32,000 nucleotides of DNA from Desulfobulbus propionicus DSM 2032 (GTDB taxonomy: Bacteria > Desulfobacterota > Desulfobulbia > Desulfobulbales > Desulfobulbaceae), in NCBI RefSeq assembly GCF_000186885.1, contig NC_014972.1:1890001-1922000 (forward strand), given 5' to 3'. The notes beneath the pieces are model-generated. The model searched no databases and was not told where the DNA came from. It saw only the letters and a list, made by a program, of their open reading frames with translations. Positions 24,100 through 32,000 of the stretch are shown here, piece by piece (within the stretch, counting starts at the first letter, position 1; each line of letters begins with the position of its first letter). Both the position numbers and the translations under genes were made by a program.

Positions 24100-25359
24100 T
24101 TATGCGTGTTTGTTCGAGAAAATACTCCGGACCTCGTCGGCGATGATCCCGATGCCCCGCAGTACGTCCTTATCGTCTTGCGCGTAGGTTATCCGCAAAC
24201 ACTCGCGGGCATGTTGCCACCCAGGCGTCAGACCAGGGAAAAAATAATCACCGGCCACCACCACGACCCCGCGCGCCTTCAAGCGTTCGTACAGTTGCCG
24301 GCAGGACACGGGCAGGTCGGGAAACCACAACCAAAGGAACATGGCGCCTTCGGGCACATGGACCTTGTAGGGAAAGCCGCTAAAGGTTTCTTCGATGCGG
24401 GCCAGGGCCCGTTCCATTTTGTCCTGATAAAACGGCCGGATCACCTCACGGCTCAGGCGCATGATTTCGCCGGATTCGACCAGTTCGGTGGTCAACATGG
24501 CTCCGAGACTGCCAGTGGCCAGGTTGACCACGGCATTCATCCCGGAAAGCAACCGGATCAACTCCTGGTCGGCAATGACAATCCCGGTGCGCGCGGCCGG
24601 CAGACCGAACTTGGACAGCGACATGCACAGGACCAGATGCTTGCCCCACACCGGCGCGGCCTCGGTGTAGATCATTCCTGGAAACGGCAGACCATAGGCG
24701 TTGTCGATGATCAGGGGGAGGTCGTGGGCCTGGGCGAGGCGCGATAAACCGGCGATCTCTTCGGCGGTGAGCACGTTGCCGGTGGGATTGGTCGGCCGGG
24801 AGACGCAGATGGCGGCAATTTCCTCGGTGAGGTCGATCCGGTCGAAATTGACCCGGTATTTGAAGAAATGATCGCCAATCAGCTCGATCCTGGGCCGGAC
24901 CGAGGTGAAAAAATCTTCGCTCAGGCCGAGATCGGCATAGCCGATGTATTCGGGGGCCAGGGGGAGCAGGATTTTTCGGTTGCCGCCTTGCGTGGTCTTG
25001 CCGGCCAGGAGATTGAACAGGAGGAAAAAGGCGCCCTGGCTGCCGTTGGTCAGACAGATGTTGTCCTCGTCGATTTTCCACCCATATTCGCGCCGCAGCA
25101 ACGCCGCCAAAGCCCGACGAAACGAACCATCCCCCCTCGGCGGATCGTAGACGCCGATCAGCTTGCGCAATGCCTGGTCATCCTCGACCAGCATCCGCAA
25201 TCGTTCGCGCATCAATTCCTGTATTTGCGGGATGTGCCCTGGATTGCCCCCGCCCATCATGATCTTGCCGCCTTCGGCCAGGGCATTGCCCAAATCATCC
25301 ATCAGCGACAGGATTCCGGCTCCCTTGGTCAGTTTTTCGCCGAATGCCGATACTTTCAT
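24100..25359 (-). CDS. avtA: Valine--pyruvate aminotransferase (class I PLP aminotransferase)
   Basis: 419 aa. FGEKLTKGAGILSLMDDLG...IMMGGGNPGHIPQ..., NICLTNGSQGAFFLLFNLLAG, LLPLAPEYIGYADLGL, ICVSRPTNPTGNVLT, IIDNAYGLPFPGMIY, LCMSLSKFGLPAARTGI, FLWLWFPDLP. Colinear with E. coli AvtA. Confidence 0.9.
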   Translation of the reverse strand: MKVSAFGEKLTKGAGILSLMDDLGNALAEGGKIMMGGGNPGHIPQIQELMRERLRMLVEDDQALRKLIGVYDPPRGDGSFRRALAALLRREYGWKIDEDNICLTNGSQGAFFLLFNLLAGKTTQGGNRKILLPLAPEYIGYADLGLSEDFFTSVRPRIELIGDHFFKYRVNFDRIDLTEEIAAICVSRPTNPTGNVLTAEEIAGLSRLAQAHDLPLIIDNAYGLPFPGMIYTEAAPVWGKHLVLCMSLSKFGLPAARTGIVIADQELIRLLSGMNAVVNLATGSLGAMLTTELVESGEIMRLSREVIRPFYQDKMERALARIEETFSGFPYKVHVPEGAMFLWLWFPDLPVSCRQLYERLKARGVVVVAGDYFFPGLTPGWQHARECLRITYAQDDKDVLRGIGIIADEVRSIFSNKHA

Positions 25360-25454
25360 GGGGTGGACTCCGAACCGATGAAAAAACGTTGTGCCAAACC
25401 GTGGGCGAAAACGCCTTCAGACATTCCGCCAAAGACCGGGGAAGAGCACATGAA

Positions 25455-25511
25455 CCCGTGAAGCGGAAAAAGGTACCGCTCGAAAAACAACAATTTTACC
25501 AGCTTCACGGG
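25455..25511. promoter_or_regulatory. 10-bp perfect inverted repeat enclosing an AT-rich motif, in the avtA upstream region
   Basis: CCCGTGAAGC (25455-25464) ... GCTTCACGGG (25502-25511), with a 37-nt interior. The interior contains GGAAAAAGG, a GGTACC palindrome and GAAAAACAACAATTTT (25482-25497). Confidence 0.5.
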
Positions 25512-25588
25512 AAAAATCCAACCGGATGTAGCGTGCTGCGGGGCAAATGCATGGAACGATGCGGCACACTGGCGGAACGTGGCGCACC

Positions 25589-25777
25589 TTAGGGAGAAGG
25601 GCGGGGCCGATAGAACTGGCACGGCAGGCCAGAGGTGGCCAGTACCACCTGGGTTGGCATCTCCTTGCTTTTAAATCCGTAGGCCCGGCACCCTCGGGGT
25701 TGGCGGGGATCATAGGTGACAAAAAAATTTCGGCATTTTAGGCAGTTGGGCGCTTGGTTCGGTTTGTGCTTGTCCAT
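25589..25777 (-). CDS. Small Cys-rich hypothetical protein (CxxC ... C ... C; possible Zn-binding)
   Basis: 62 aa from ATG 25777: MDKHKPNQAPNCLKCRNFFVTYDPRQPRGCRAYGFKSKEMPTQVVLATSGLPCQFYRPRPSP. The tracked start at 25813 is a TTG. No clear RBS, so coding status is only moderately supported. Confidence 0.45.
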   Translation of the reverse strand: MDKHKPNQAPNCLKCRNFFVTYDPRQPRGCRAYGFKSKEMPTQVVLATSGLPCQFYRPRPSP

Positions 25778-25819
25778 GGTCAACCGTTGGAGAGGCGTTG
25801 GTCCGACACTCAACCCTGC

Positions 25820-26344
25820 TCAGCCATGGTTTTTCGGATAATCAAAAAACAGGAGAGTGCCTGCGCCCGCCGTCAATTCCCGCCAGGAAGCGAGGGCGAA
25901 CTCCAGGGCCACGATACCGCTGGTGGGGATGTTGTCGATCGCCAACCCCCCAAGCATATTAGCCAACGCCGTGCTCTCCGGGTTATGACCGACCAGCAGC
26001 AAGGTGTGGACCGCAGTGGCCGCCGTGTGCACCAGGCCGAGCAGTTGCGGCACCGTGGCCGTGTATTGGATCGGGTTGTATTGCAGGCGGGCAAGGGGAT
26101 AGCCCAATTGGGTCGCATAGTGGACTGCGGTGGCCTTGGCCCGCGCTGCCGGGCTGGCCATGATCAGATCCGGCCGAATACCGCGTCGCAGCAGCCGTCT
26201 GCCCATTTCCGGCGCGTCTCGCTGGCCGCGCTTGTTGAGCGGGCGGTCGAAATCACCCAGCGTCGCATCATGCCAGCTTGATTTGGCATGGCGGCAAATC
26301 AGCAGCAGTCGCTGTTCAACGGGGGAGGTGTTCACGGATCTCAT
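25820..26344 (-). CDS. sixA: SixA-type phosphohistidine phosphatase (histidine phosphatase superfamily, branch 1)
   Basis: Start MRSVNTSPVEQRLLLICRHAKSSW (26344). RHA.S catalytic motif, DRPLNKRGQRDA, and LLLVGHNPE (second catalytic His). The start overlaps the end of the ParA-like gene by 29 nt. The longer tracked ORF from 26428 is rejected. Confidence 0.8.
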   Translation of the reverse strand: MRSVNTSPVEQRLLLICRHAKSSWHDATLGDFDRPLNKRGQRDAPEMGRRLLRRGIRPDLIMASPAARAKATAVHYATQLGYPLARLQYNPIQYTATVPQLLGLVHTAATAVHTLLLVGHNPESTALANMLGGLAIDNIPTSGIVALEFALASWRELTAGAGTLLFFDYPKNHG

Positions 26345-27059
26345 GCCACAACCGTTGATAGGAGAGGGCGGCGGTCGAACCGGGCAGGGCGGCGGCCACC
26401 GGCTGCCGGTACACCCCCATCCGCTCAATATCCGCAGAGTAAGGGATGGTGCTCTGTAGAACCCCGGGCCGTTCCCGAAGAGAGTGCATCAGCTCGGCAT
26501 GCATCTTTTTCCGTTTCTCGACCATGGAAAAAAAGAAGCGTATCTTGTCGTGCCCGTGGCCTATTTCGTCAAGGAAGGCAAATAGCTGGTCCAGGGACAG
26601 CAACGAAAGGGTGGTGGGAATCACCGGCACCAGGATGACATCGGCGGCGTAGAAAATGTTCTCCGACAACAGGGTCAGATTGGGCGGACAATCGAGAATG
26701 ATCCGCTCGTACTCCTCCTCCAGCGGTTGCAGCACCTTGCTCAGCCGTTTCTGCGACTTTTTGCATTCGTCCAGGGCAATGTCGATGTTGCGGTAGGAAA
26801 AGTCGGCAGGCAGCATGTCAAGGCCTGGATAATCGGTGCCGCGGATATTTTCCTCAATGTGCCTCCCCCCCTTGAGCAGCTTTTTCGTGCTGAATTTTTC
26901 CGGCGAGCGGATGCGGAAATAAAAGGAAGCCGATCCCTGCGGATCCATGTCGAGCAACAGGGTTTTGCCGTGCTCCCGGGATGCCAGGTAGGCAAGGTTG
27001 ACCGAGGTGGCGGTTTTCCCTACTCCGCCCTTGATGTGGTACACCGCCAGAACGCTCAT
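26316..27059 (-). CDS. Orphan ParA/MinD-family P-loop ATPase (deviant Walker A)
   Basis: 247 aa. MSVLAVYHIKGGVGKTATSVNLAYLAS...TLLLDMDPQGSAS...RIILDCPPNL...ADVILVPVIPT. No ParB-like gene and no parS-like repeat is nearby. ATGA overlap with the CHAD gene. Confidence 0.9.
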   Translation of the reverse strand: MSVLAVYHIKGGVGKTATSVNLAYLASREHGKTLLLDMDPQGSASFYFRIRSPEKFSTKKLLKGGRHIEENIRGTDYPGLDMLPADFSYRNIDIALDECKKSQKRLSKVLQPLEEEYERIILDCPPNLTLLSENIFYAADVILVPVIPTTLSLLSLDQLFAFLDEIGHGHDKIRFFFSMVEKRKKMHAELMHSLRERPGVLQSTIPYSADIERMGVYRQPVAAALPGSTAALSYQRLWHEIREHLPR

Positions 27060-28609
27060 GCGGATGCCTCGTGTTTGCGGAAGAGGTCGTGGACCAAGGT
27101 GGTCGTTTCCTGATCGATAAACAGGTCGAAGGCCTCGGCGAAATGGTCGCGCAATTCCCGCTGCTCCAGAAAGAGGCTCTGCATCAGGCCGCCAAGAGCC
27201 GCCGCCTGGGCGAGGTCACGACGCGATCCGGCGCCCATCTTTTCCAGGGTTTGGCGGAGCATGTCCTGCTGCACCGAGAGATCGTTGAAATCGCCCAAAA
27301 TATCCTGCAATTTCTTCAGATGCCGAACCACCACCTGAATATCCTCCCGTGGATAGAGAGAGCTGAAAAATTCGATCGCGTAACGCAGTTTCTTGCATTC
27401 GATGCGCAGGCGATGCACTTCGCTGTCCGGGGTGGCGGCATTCAGGGCTTGACCATCGCGCAGTACCCGTTTGTAGCGGCGGAAAATGATCCGGCTGGCC
27501 AGCTCCTTGACCGGCGTTTCCGCCAAGGGGGCCGGCTGTCGGTCGGGGCGGTGCAGGCAACGATGCCAGGCGGTCAGGATCGCCCGGTTTTTTTTCGCCC
27601 GCAGGGCACGAGCCAGCTTGGTCTGTTCCACCTGGCGCTGAAGGGTCAGATCGGCGAAGAAGGCGCTCAACCCCGGTTGCAGGGCCGGCGGCAACCGATT
27701 TAAATAATTTGTTTGGTTGAGCAGGTAAACGTCGAGATCGCGGGTCGGTCCGGTCAGGCCGCCCAGCAAGCCGAAATCCCTCTTGAAGCGTTCGGTCACC
27801 GGCTCGGGCAAGACCTTTTTCACCAGGCTGAGACCGGAGCGAGTGCGGCGGATGGCCACCCGCAGATCGTGGAGGAACTCGCTGTCCCAATCGTTCACCA
27901 CACCAGGGAGGTTACGGGTGATCGTGTCGAGCAACGCCTGATAGATCCGGGTCATGGCCTGGCGGGCGGTAGAGTCCGGATCGAGTTCCAAGGAAAATTT
28001 CGAGGTATAATCCAGCGGCTGGCGGCCAATGACGCGGCAAGCCTCCACGAAACCGATGAGGGGCGAAGCGATCTGGAGCACTCCGTTATCCTCCAGGATA
28101 CGACGGGTACGAGCCAATTCCTGGGTGTAGCCGCGCACGGGGAACAACCGCACCAGCCGGAACGCCGTGTCCAGCCCTTCCGGTTGCTGACGCTCGACCA
28201 CCAATCGGGCCACGGTTTTGTCATCCTGGTTGAGCAGCCGGAACTGACGGCCGCTCAGAGACACCGTTGCCAAAGGCAGCAGGCAACGGATGCCGAGTAT
28301 CGGTTCCAGCATTTCCCGCAGTTGGCCAGGGGGAAAATCCTGGGCGAAACAGGGTGACTTCAGCTCCGGCCCTCCTTGTTGCAGGGTAATGGCGCAACTG
28401 TCGCCATGGTACAGGGTCCAGCAGGAACCGTGGCTGTGCAGCAAATAGCCTTGCTGATAGAGCCGCCAGTCAAAGGAATCGGCATAGACAACCCTGGCCG
28501 CGTATTCGGGCGCGCTCGCGCAGCGGAACTCCCGCGCCAGGGCAGATAGCAGCGTGTCAAGCTGCAGCGCGTCGGGGAGTGACCAGGTATCCGTGCCGAG
28601 CTGTTCCAT
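27056..28609 (-). CDS. CHAD-domain protein with an N-terminal CYTH-like region of about 200 aa
   Basis: 517 aa. The C-terminal two thirds carry the conserved-histidine helical repeats of CHAD: FLHDLRVAIRRTRSGL, VHRLRIECKKLRYAIEFF, LQDILGDFNDLSV. The N-terminal region has YADSFDWRLYQQGYLL, reminiscent of the CYTH Y.DTPD..L motif, but I find no N-terminal ExExK. Confidence 0.85.
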   Translation of the reverse strand: MEQLGTDTWSLPDALQLDTLLSALAREFRCASAPEYAARVVYADSFDWRLYQQGYLLHSHGSCWTLYHGDSCAITLQQGGPELKSPCFAQDFPPGQLREMLEPILGIRCLLPLATVSLSGRQFRLLNQDDKTVARLVVERQQPEGLDTAFRLVRLFPVRGYTQELARTRRILEDNGVLQIASPLIGFVEACRVIGRQPLDYTSKFSLELDPDSTARQAMTRIYQALLDTITRNLPGVVNDWDSEFLHDLRVAIRRTRSGLSLVKKVLPEPVTERFKRDFGLLGGLTGPTRDLDVYLLNQTNYLNRLPPALQPGLSAFFADLTLQRQVEQTKLARALRAKKNRAILTAWHRCLHRPDRQPAPLAETPVKELASRIIFRRYKRVLRDGQALNAATPDSEVHRLRIECKKLRYAIEFFSSLYPREDIQVVVRHLKKLQDILGDFNDLSVQQDMLRQTLEKMGAGSRRDLAQAAALGGLMQSLFLEQRELRDHFAEAFDLFIDQETTTLVHDLFRKHEASA

Positions 28610-28621
28610 GGCTCACATGCC

Positions 28622-29806
28622 TCAACTCCGGTAATCGGCGTTGATCTTCACGTAATCATAGGAAAAATCGCAGGTATACATTTCGGCCTCGCCCTCGCCC
28701 TCGCTCAAGTCGATCGTGACCGTGAACTGACGCTGCTTGAGAACCGCGGTGGCAGCTGCCTCGGCCTCGGCTCCGGTGTACAGGCCGTTTTCCACCAGCC
28801 GAACCGCGTCGAAGCTGATAGCCACCCGATGCTGATCAAAGTGGCATTGGGACCGACCCAGGGCGGCGATGATCCGTCCCCAGTTGGCATCCTCGCCGAA
28901 AAAGGCGGTCTTGACCAGCGGCGAGTTGGCGATGGTGCGGGCCGCATCGAGCGCCTCCTGATCGGTGCGCGCGCCGGTCACCCTGATGGTCACCATTTTG
29001 GTCGCTCCTTCGCCGTCGGCCACGATTTTCAGCGCCAAGTCCTTGAAAACCCCGCTCAAGGCCTCGCCAAACAGGCGGGCCTCGGGCCGATCAGGATCAT
29101 CGATCAGGGCGTTGCCAGCCTCGCCGTTGGCCATGACCAGGACCATGTCGTTGGTCGAGGTGTCGCCATCGACGGTGATCCGATTGAAGCTCCGTTCCAC
29201 CCCGGATTTGACCAGCCGGTCGAGCAGCGGATAGGCGATGTGCGCATCGGTGACCACAAAGCAAAGCATGGTGGCCATATTGGGCATGATCATCCCTGAA
29301 CCCTTGGCCACGCCGAGAATCGACACCTCGGCATCGTCGAACAGCACCGTGGCGGTGGCCACCTTGGGTACCAGATCGGTGGTCATGATGGCGCGGGCAA
29401 GCTCTTCAAAGCCGTCTTCGGACAGTTGCGCCACCAACTGCGGCATGGCCTGGGCAAAAGGTTCGGTCCGCAACTGCTGGCCGATCACCCCGGTCGAGGC
29501 TACCTGCACCAGCGATTCGTCGATTCCCAGTTCGCGCGCGGCCAAAGCACTGGTGGCTTGAGCCAGATCGAGCCCTTCCTGGCCGGTGCAGGCGTTGGCA
29601 TTGCCGCTGTTCACCAGCACCGCCTGGGCGCGGCCCGAACGCAAACGTTCCATGTCGAGCAGGAGAGGCGCGGCCTTGACCCTGCTGGTGGTGAAGGTGC
29701 CGGCGGTGACCGCCGGGGTCCGAGAAAAAATCATCCCAAGATCAAGCCGGCCGGCGTACCGGATTCCGGCGGCGACCGCAGCTGCGGAAAATCCTTTTAC
29801 CTGCAT
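28622..29806 (-). CDS. argJ: Bifunctional ornithine acetyltransferase / N-acetylglutamate synthase
   Basis: 394 aa. GFSAAAVAAGIRY..RLDLGMIFS, VLVNSGNANACTG, AKGSGMIMPNMATMLCFVVTD (autoprocessing site around the MATML Thr), ITVDGDTSTNDMV, FGEDANWGRI, and an ending of ...INADYRS. Confidence 0.95.
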   Translation of the reverse strand: MQVKGFSAAAVAAGIRYAGRLDLGMIFSRTPAVTAGTFTTSRVKAAPLLLDMERLRSGRAQAVLVNSGNANACTGQEGLDLAQATSALAARELGIDESLVQVASTGVIGQQLRTEPFAQAMPQLVAQLSEDGFEELARAIMTTDLVPKVATATVLFDDAEVSILGVAKGSGMIMPNMATMLCFVVTDAHIAYPLLDRLVKSGVERSFNRITVDGDTSTNDMVLVMANGEAGNALIDDPDRPEARLFGEALSGVFKDLALKIVADGEGATKMVTIRVTGARTDQEALDAARTIANSPLVKTAFFGEDANWGRIIAALGRSQCHFDQHRVAISFDAVRLVENGLYTGAEAEAAATAVLKQRQFTVTIDLSEGEGEAEMYTCDFSYDYVKINADYRS

Positions 29807-30056
29807 GAAACATCCTGTTTTCTATTGAAGTTATCGGCAAGACGCCAAAGGCCACTCTACCAGATACCCCATAAAAGAAAAGAGTGAACAACCGGACGCC
29901 GCGCATTTTTCCTTGACCATCCATCGGCTTTCATGCAACGTTACCAACCGGTTGCCACGGTCCGTCCTGGTAGCCGTCGCGCACACAACAGACCATGATA
30001 CTGCCCTCGTTTCCCTCAACATCCTCGGCACCCGCCGGGCCATTCCTTCTCGCGGC

Positions 30057-31520
30057 ATGACGGATGCGGTTGCCTGGGGATTGACCTCCTCGCTCTTTTT
30101 GACCGATCTCGCCATCCGCGTCGGCTTCTCGCTGCGGGTGATCATGCGCAAGCGAGCCCCCAGCGTTTCCTTTGCCTGGCTGGCGGTCATTCTCCTCATC
30201 CCCTTCGGCGGCGCCGTCACCTACCTGTTGTTTGGCGAGAACCGGCTCGGTGAACGGCGGGCCAGTCGCCTGCTCAAGGATCGGCAGGTCGTGCGCGAGT
30301 GGTCCAGCGCCCTGCGGGAGCGGCCGACAATCGACTGGACCGGAATCAATCCGGAATGTTTGCCCCTGGACCGGCAGATCCTGGCCACCACCGGCATTCC
30401 GACCATGCCCGGCAACCAGCTGGAACTGATCGACACCGCCGGCTGTTTTTTCTCCCAACTGATCGACGATATCCATCAGGCCCGCTTCTCCTGCTTGCTG
30501 GAGTTTTACATCCTCCAACCGGGAGGCTGGGTGGATGCGCTGATCGAGGCGCTGCTGGCCGCGCGACAACGCGGCGTCACTTGCCGGCTGCTGCTCGACA
30601 GTATTGGTTCCAAACCTTTTCTCCGCAGTGCGCAACTGGCTCGTCTGCGCGACGGCGGAGTCGAGGTGGCCGAGGCCCTGCCCGCCGGATTGATCCGAGC
30701 CCTGTTTGTCCGCATTGACCTGCGCAATCACCGCAAGATCGCGGTGATCGACGGCGAAATCGCCTACACCGGCAGTCAGAATCTGGTCGATCCCCGTTTC
30801 TTCAAACAAAACGACGGGGTTGGCGAATGGGTGGACGCCATGGTCCGGATCACCGGCCCGGTAGCGGAACTGCTGACGGCGGCCTTTATGTTTGATTGGC
30901 TGCTCGAGCGCCGGCAATGCCTGAGCGAATACAGCGGAACCGCCGATATCCGCCCGGTTGAGCCGAGCGGACAGGCCCTGGTGCAACTGGCGCCTTCCGG
31001 GCCGGGATATGGCGAGGACACCATCCACAATCTGCTGCTCACCACCCTGTATGCGGCGCGGCGGGAGATCATTCTCACCACCCCCTATTTCGTGCCGGAC
31101 AATGCCATTTTGGCGGCGCTCAAATCGGCGGCGCAGCGGGGCGTTGCCGTGACCATCATTGTTCCGGCAAAAAATGACTCCCGCCTGGTGCAGTACGCCA
31201 GTCGGGCCCGCTACGATGCCCTGAGCCGGGCCGGCGTGCGAATCATGGCCTTTTCCGGCGGTCTGCTGCACACCAAGACCATCACCGTGGACGGCGATTT
31301 CTGCCTGTTTGGCTCGGTCAACCTCGACATGCGCAGTTTTTGGTTGAATTTTGAAATGACCCTGTTCATCTATGACAAGACATTCACCGCCAAGGTCCGC
31401 GCCTTGCAGCAGCAGTATCTTCGCGAGACCACCGAGCACGACGTCGAAATCTTTCAGGCCCGTTCCTTTGGCCAGCGATTGCTGGAAAACATCGCCCTGC
31501 TGGTGAGCCCGCTGCTCTGA
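30057..31520 (+). CDS. clsA: Cardiolipin synthase (PLD superfamily, two HKD motifs)
   Basis: 487 aa from ATG 30057, comparable to E. coli ClsA. LRVIMRKRAPSVSFAWLAVILLIPFGGAVTYLLFGE, HKD-1 HRKIAVIDGEIAYTGSQN, HKD-2 HTKTITVDGDFCLFGSVNLDMRS, C-terminal ...LVSPLL. The tracked ORF from 29913 is probably over-extended. Confidence 0.92.
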   Translation: MTDAVAWGLTSSLFLTDLAIRVGFSLRVIMRKRAPSVSFAWLAVILLIPFGGAVTYLLFGENRLGERRASRLLKDRQVVREWSSALRERPTIDWTGINPECLPLDRQILATTGIPTMPGNQLELIDTAGCFFSQLIDDIHQARFSCLLEFYILQPGGWVDALIEALLAARQRGVTCRLLLDSIGSKPFLRSAQLARLRDGGVEVAEALPAGLIRALFVRIDLRNHRKIAVIDGEIAYTGSQNLVDPRFFKQNDGVGEWVDAMVRITGPVAELLTAAFMFDWLLERRQCLSEYSGTADIRPVEPSGQALVQLAPSGPGYGEDTIHNLLLTTLYAARREIILTTPYFVPDNAILAALKSAAQRGVAVTIIVPAKNDSRLVQYASRARYDALSRAGVRIMAFSGGLLHTKTITVDGDFCLFGSVNLDMRSFWLNFEMTLFIYDKTFTAKVRALQQQYLRETTEHDVEIFQARSFGQRLLENIALLVSPLL

Positions 31521-31565
31521 TCCGGCCAATCAATCCATTTTCCCCCAATCGAGCCCTTTCTGCTT

Positions 31566-32000
31566 ATGAAAATCTTGCTGATCAGTGATATCCATGGCAA
31601 TTATCCGGCTCTCGAGGCGGTTGCTCGGGCAGCGACGCCGCTGGCCTGCGACCATGTGCTCAACTGCGGCGATTCGCTTGTCTATGCCCCCTTTGCCAAT
31701 GAAACCCTGGATTGGCTGCGCCGCCATCAAGTGTTTACCATCCGTGGCAATACCGACGATCGGGTGATCAAGCTGCTCAAGGGAAAGCAGTTCAAAAAGC
31801 CGTCCAAGGCCGAAAAACGGATCATGTACACCAGCACCGCGGCGGTGCTCTCCCCCGAGAACCAGACCTTTTTGCTGGAACTGAAAAAAAAGAAACTGCT
31901 GCGTCTCGGCCAAACCTTTATCGGCCTGTTTCACGGCAGCCCCGACGATCATGAGGAATTTCTCGGTGCCGACACGCCGGAAAAGCGCTTCAAGGAACTG
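31566..32000 (+). CDS. Calcineurin-like metallophosphoesterase (YfcE-like); the 3' end lies outside the window
   Basis: Absent from the ORF track because it is open at the window edge. My frame-3 translation gives MKILLISDIHGNYPALEAV...LNCGDSLVY...IRGNTDD...GLFHGSPDD..., which contains the D-x-H, GD, GN-x-D and H-G metallophosphatase motifs. The antisense ORF 31530..31952 is a shadow. Confidence 0.8.
   Translation, partial: MKILLISDIHGNYPALEAVARAATPLACDHVLNCGDSLVYAPFANETLDWLRRHQVFTIRGNTDDRVIKLLKGKQFKKPSKAEKRIMYTSTAAVLSPENQTFLLELKKKKLLRLGQTFIGLFHGSPDDHEEFLGADTPEKRFKEL

Noticed and set aside
23437-24747. 436-aa plus-strand ORF
   Set aside because: It runs antisense across the DUF4177-like gene and avtA. 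It has no motifs, while avtA on the opposite strand is colinear with E. coli AvtA.
29931-31529. 532-aa minus-strand ORF
   Set aside because: It is antisense to cardiolipin synthase, whose two HKD motifs and colinearity with E. coli ClsA settle the coding strand.
31530-31952. 140-aa minus-strand ORF, the only tracked ORF in this stretch
   Set aside because: The plus-strand frame, open to the window end and therefore missing from the track, encodes the full set of metallophosphoesterase motifs. The minus-strand product has none.
1-32000. Scan for CRISPR arrays, rRNA, IS elements and long DNA-level repeats
   Set aside because: I found no regularly spaced direct repeats, no rRNA-like stretch and no transposase-like translation in any frame. 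The only repeats seen are the protein-level repeats in the 978-aa gene and the 16-mer reported above.

Overview
GC-rich (about 60% by spot counts) chromosomal segment whose gene content looks deltaproteobacterial; that taxon guess is inference only. Coding is dense: about 31 CDS and one tRNA-Pro(CGG). I saw no transposase, integrase, CRISPR array or rRNA. Recognisable content, left to right: end of a NarL-type two-component pair, an outer-membrane beta-barrel, HU, tRNA-Pro, a zinc-finger thioredoxin (TrxC type), a DUF1624-like membrane protein, a translationally coupled MacA-MacB-NodT efflux operon, a DUF4405-like protein and a small secreted protein divergent from BaeS/BaeR, two alpha/beta hydrolases, a DUF2157-like pair, YejB/YejE-like permeases, a DUF4177-like protein, AvtA, a SixA/ParA-like/CHAD operon behind ArgJ, cardiolipin synthase, and a metallophosphoesterase that runs off the window end. 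Best candidate for an undescribed system: an AT-rich cassette at 17.2-21.3 kb. It encodes an MglB-like Roadblock protein that lacks a C-terminal tail, an MglA-like Ras-type GTPase with an Arg in the P-loop, and a 978-aa polyacidic protein I cannot place in any family. That third protein has three copies of a helical domain of about 100 aa and an array of 6-8 acidic L-D-x-[FL]-F-A motifs alternating with A-L-A-D-I motifs. Second candidate: a translationally coupled CHAD / orphan ParA-like ATPase / SixA-type phosphatase trio at 25.8-28.6 kb, possibly a polyphosphate-granule module. All family assignments come from reading the translations by eye. No database search was run.
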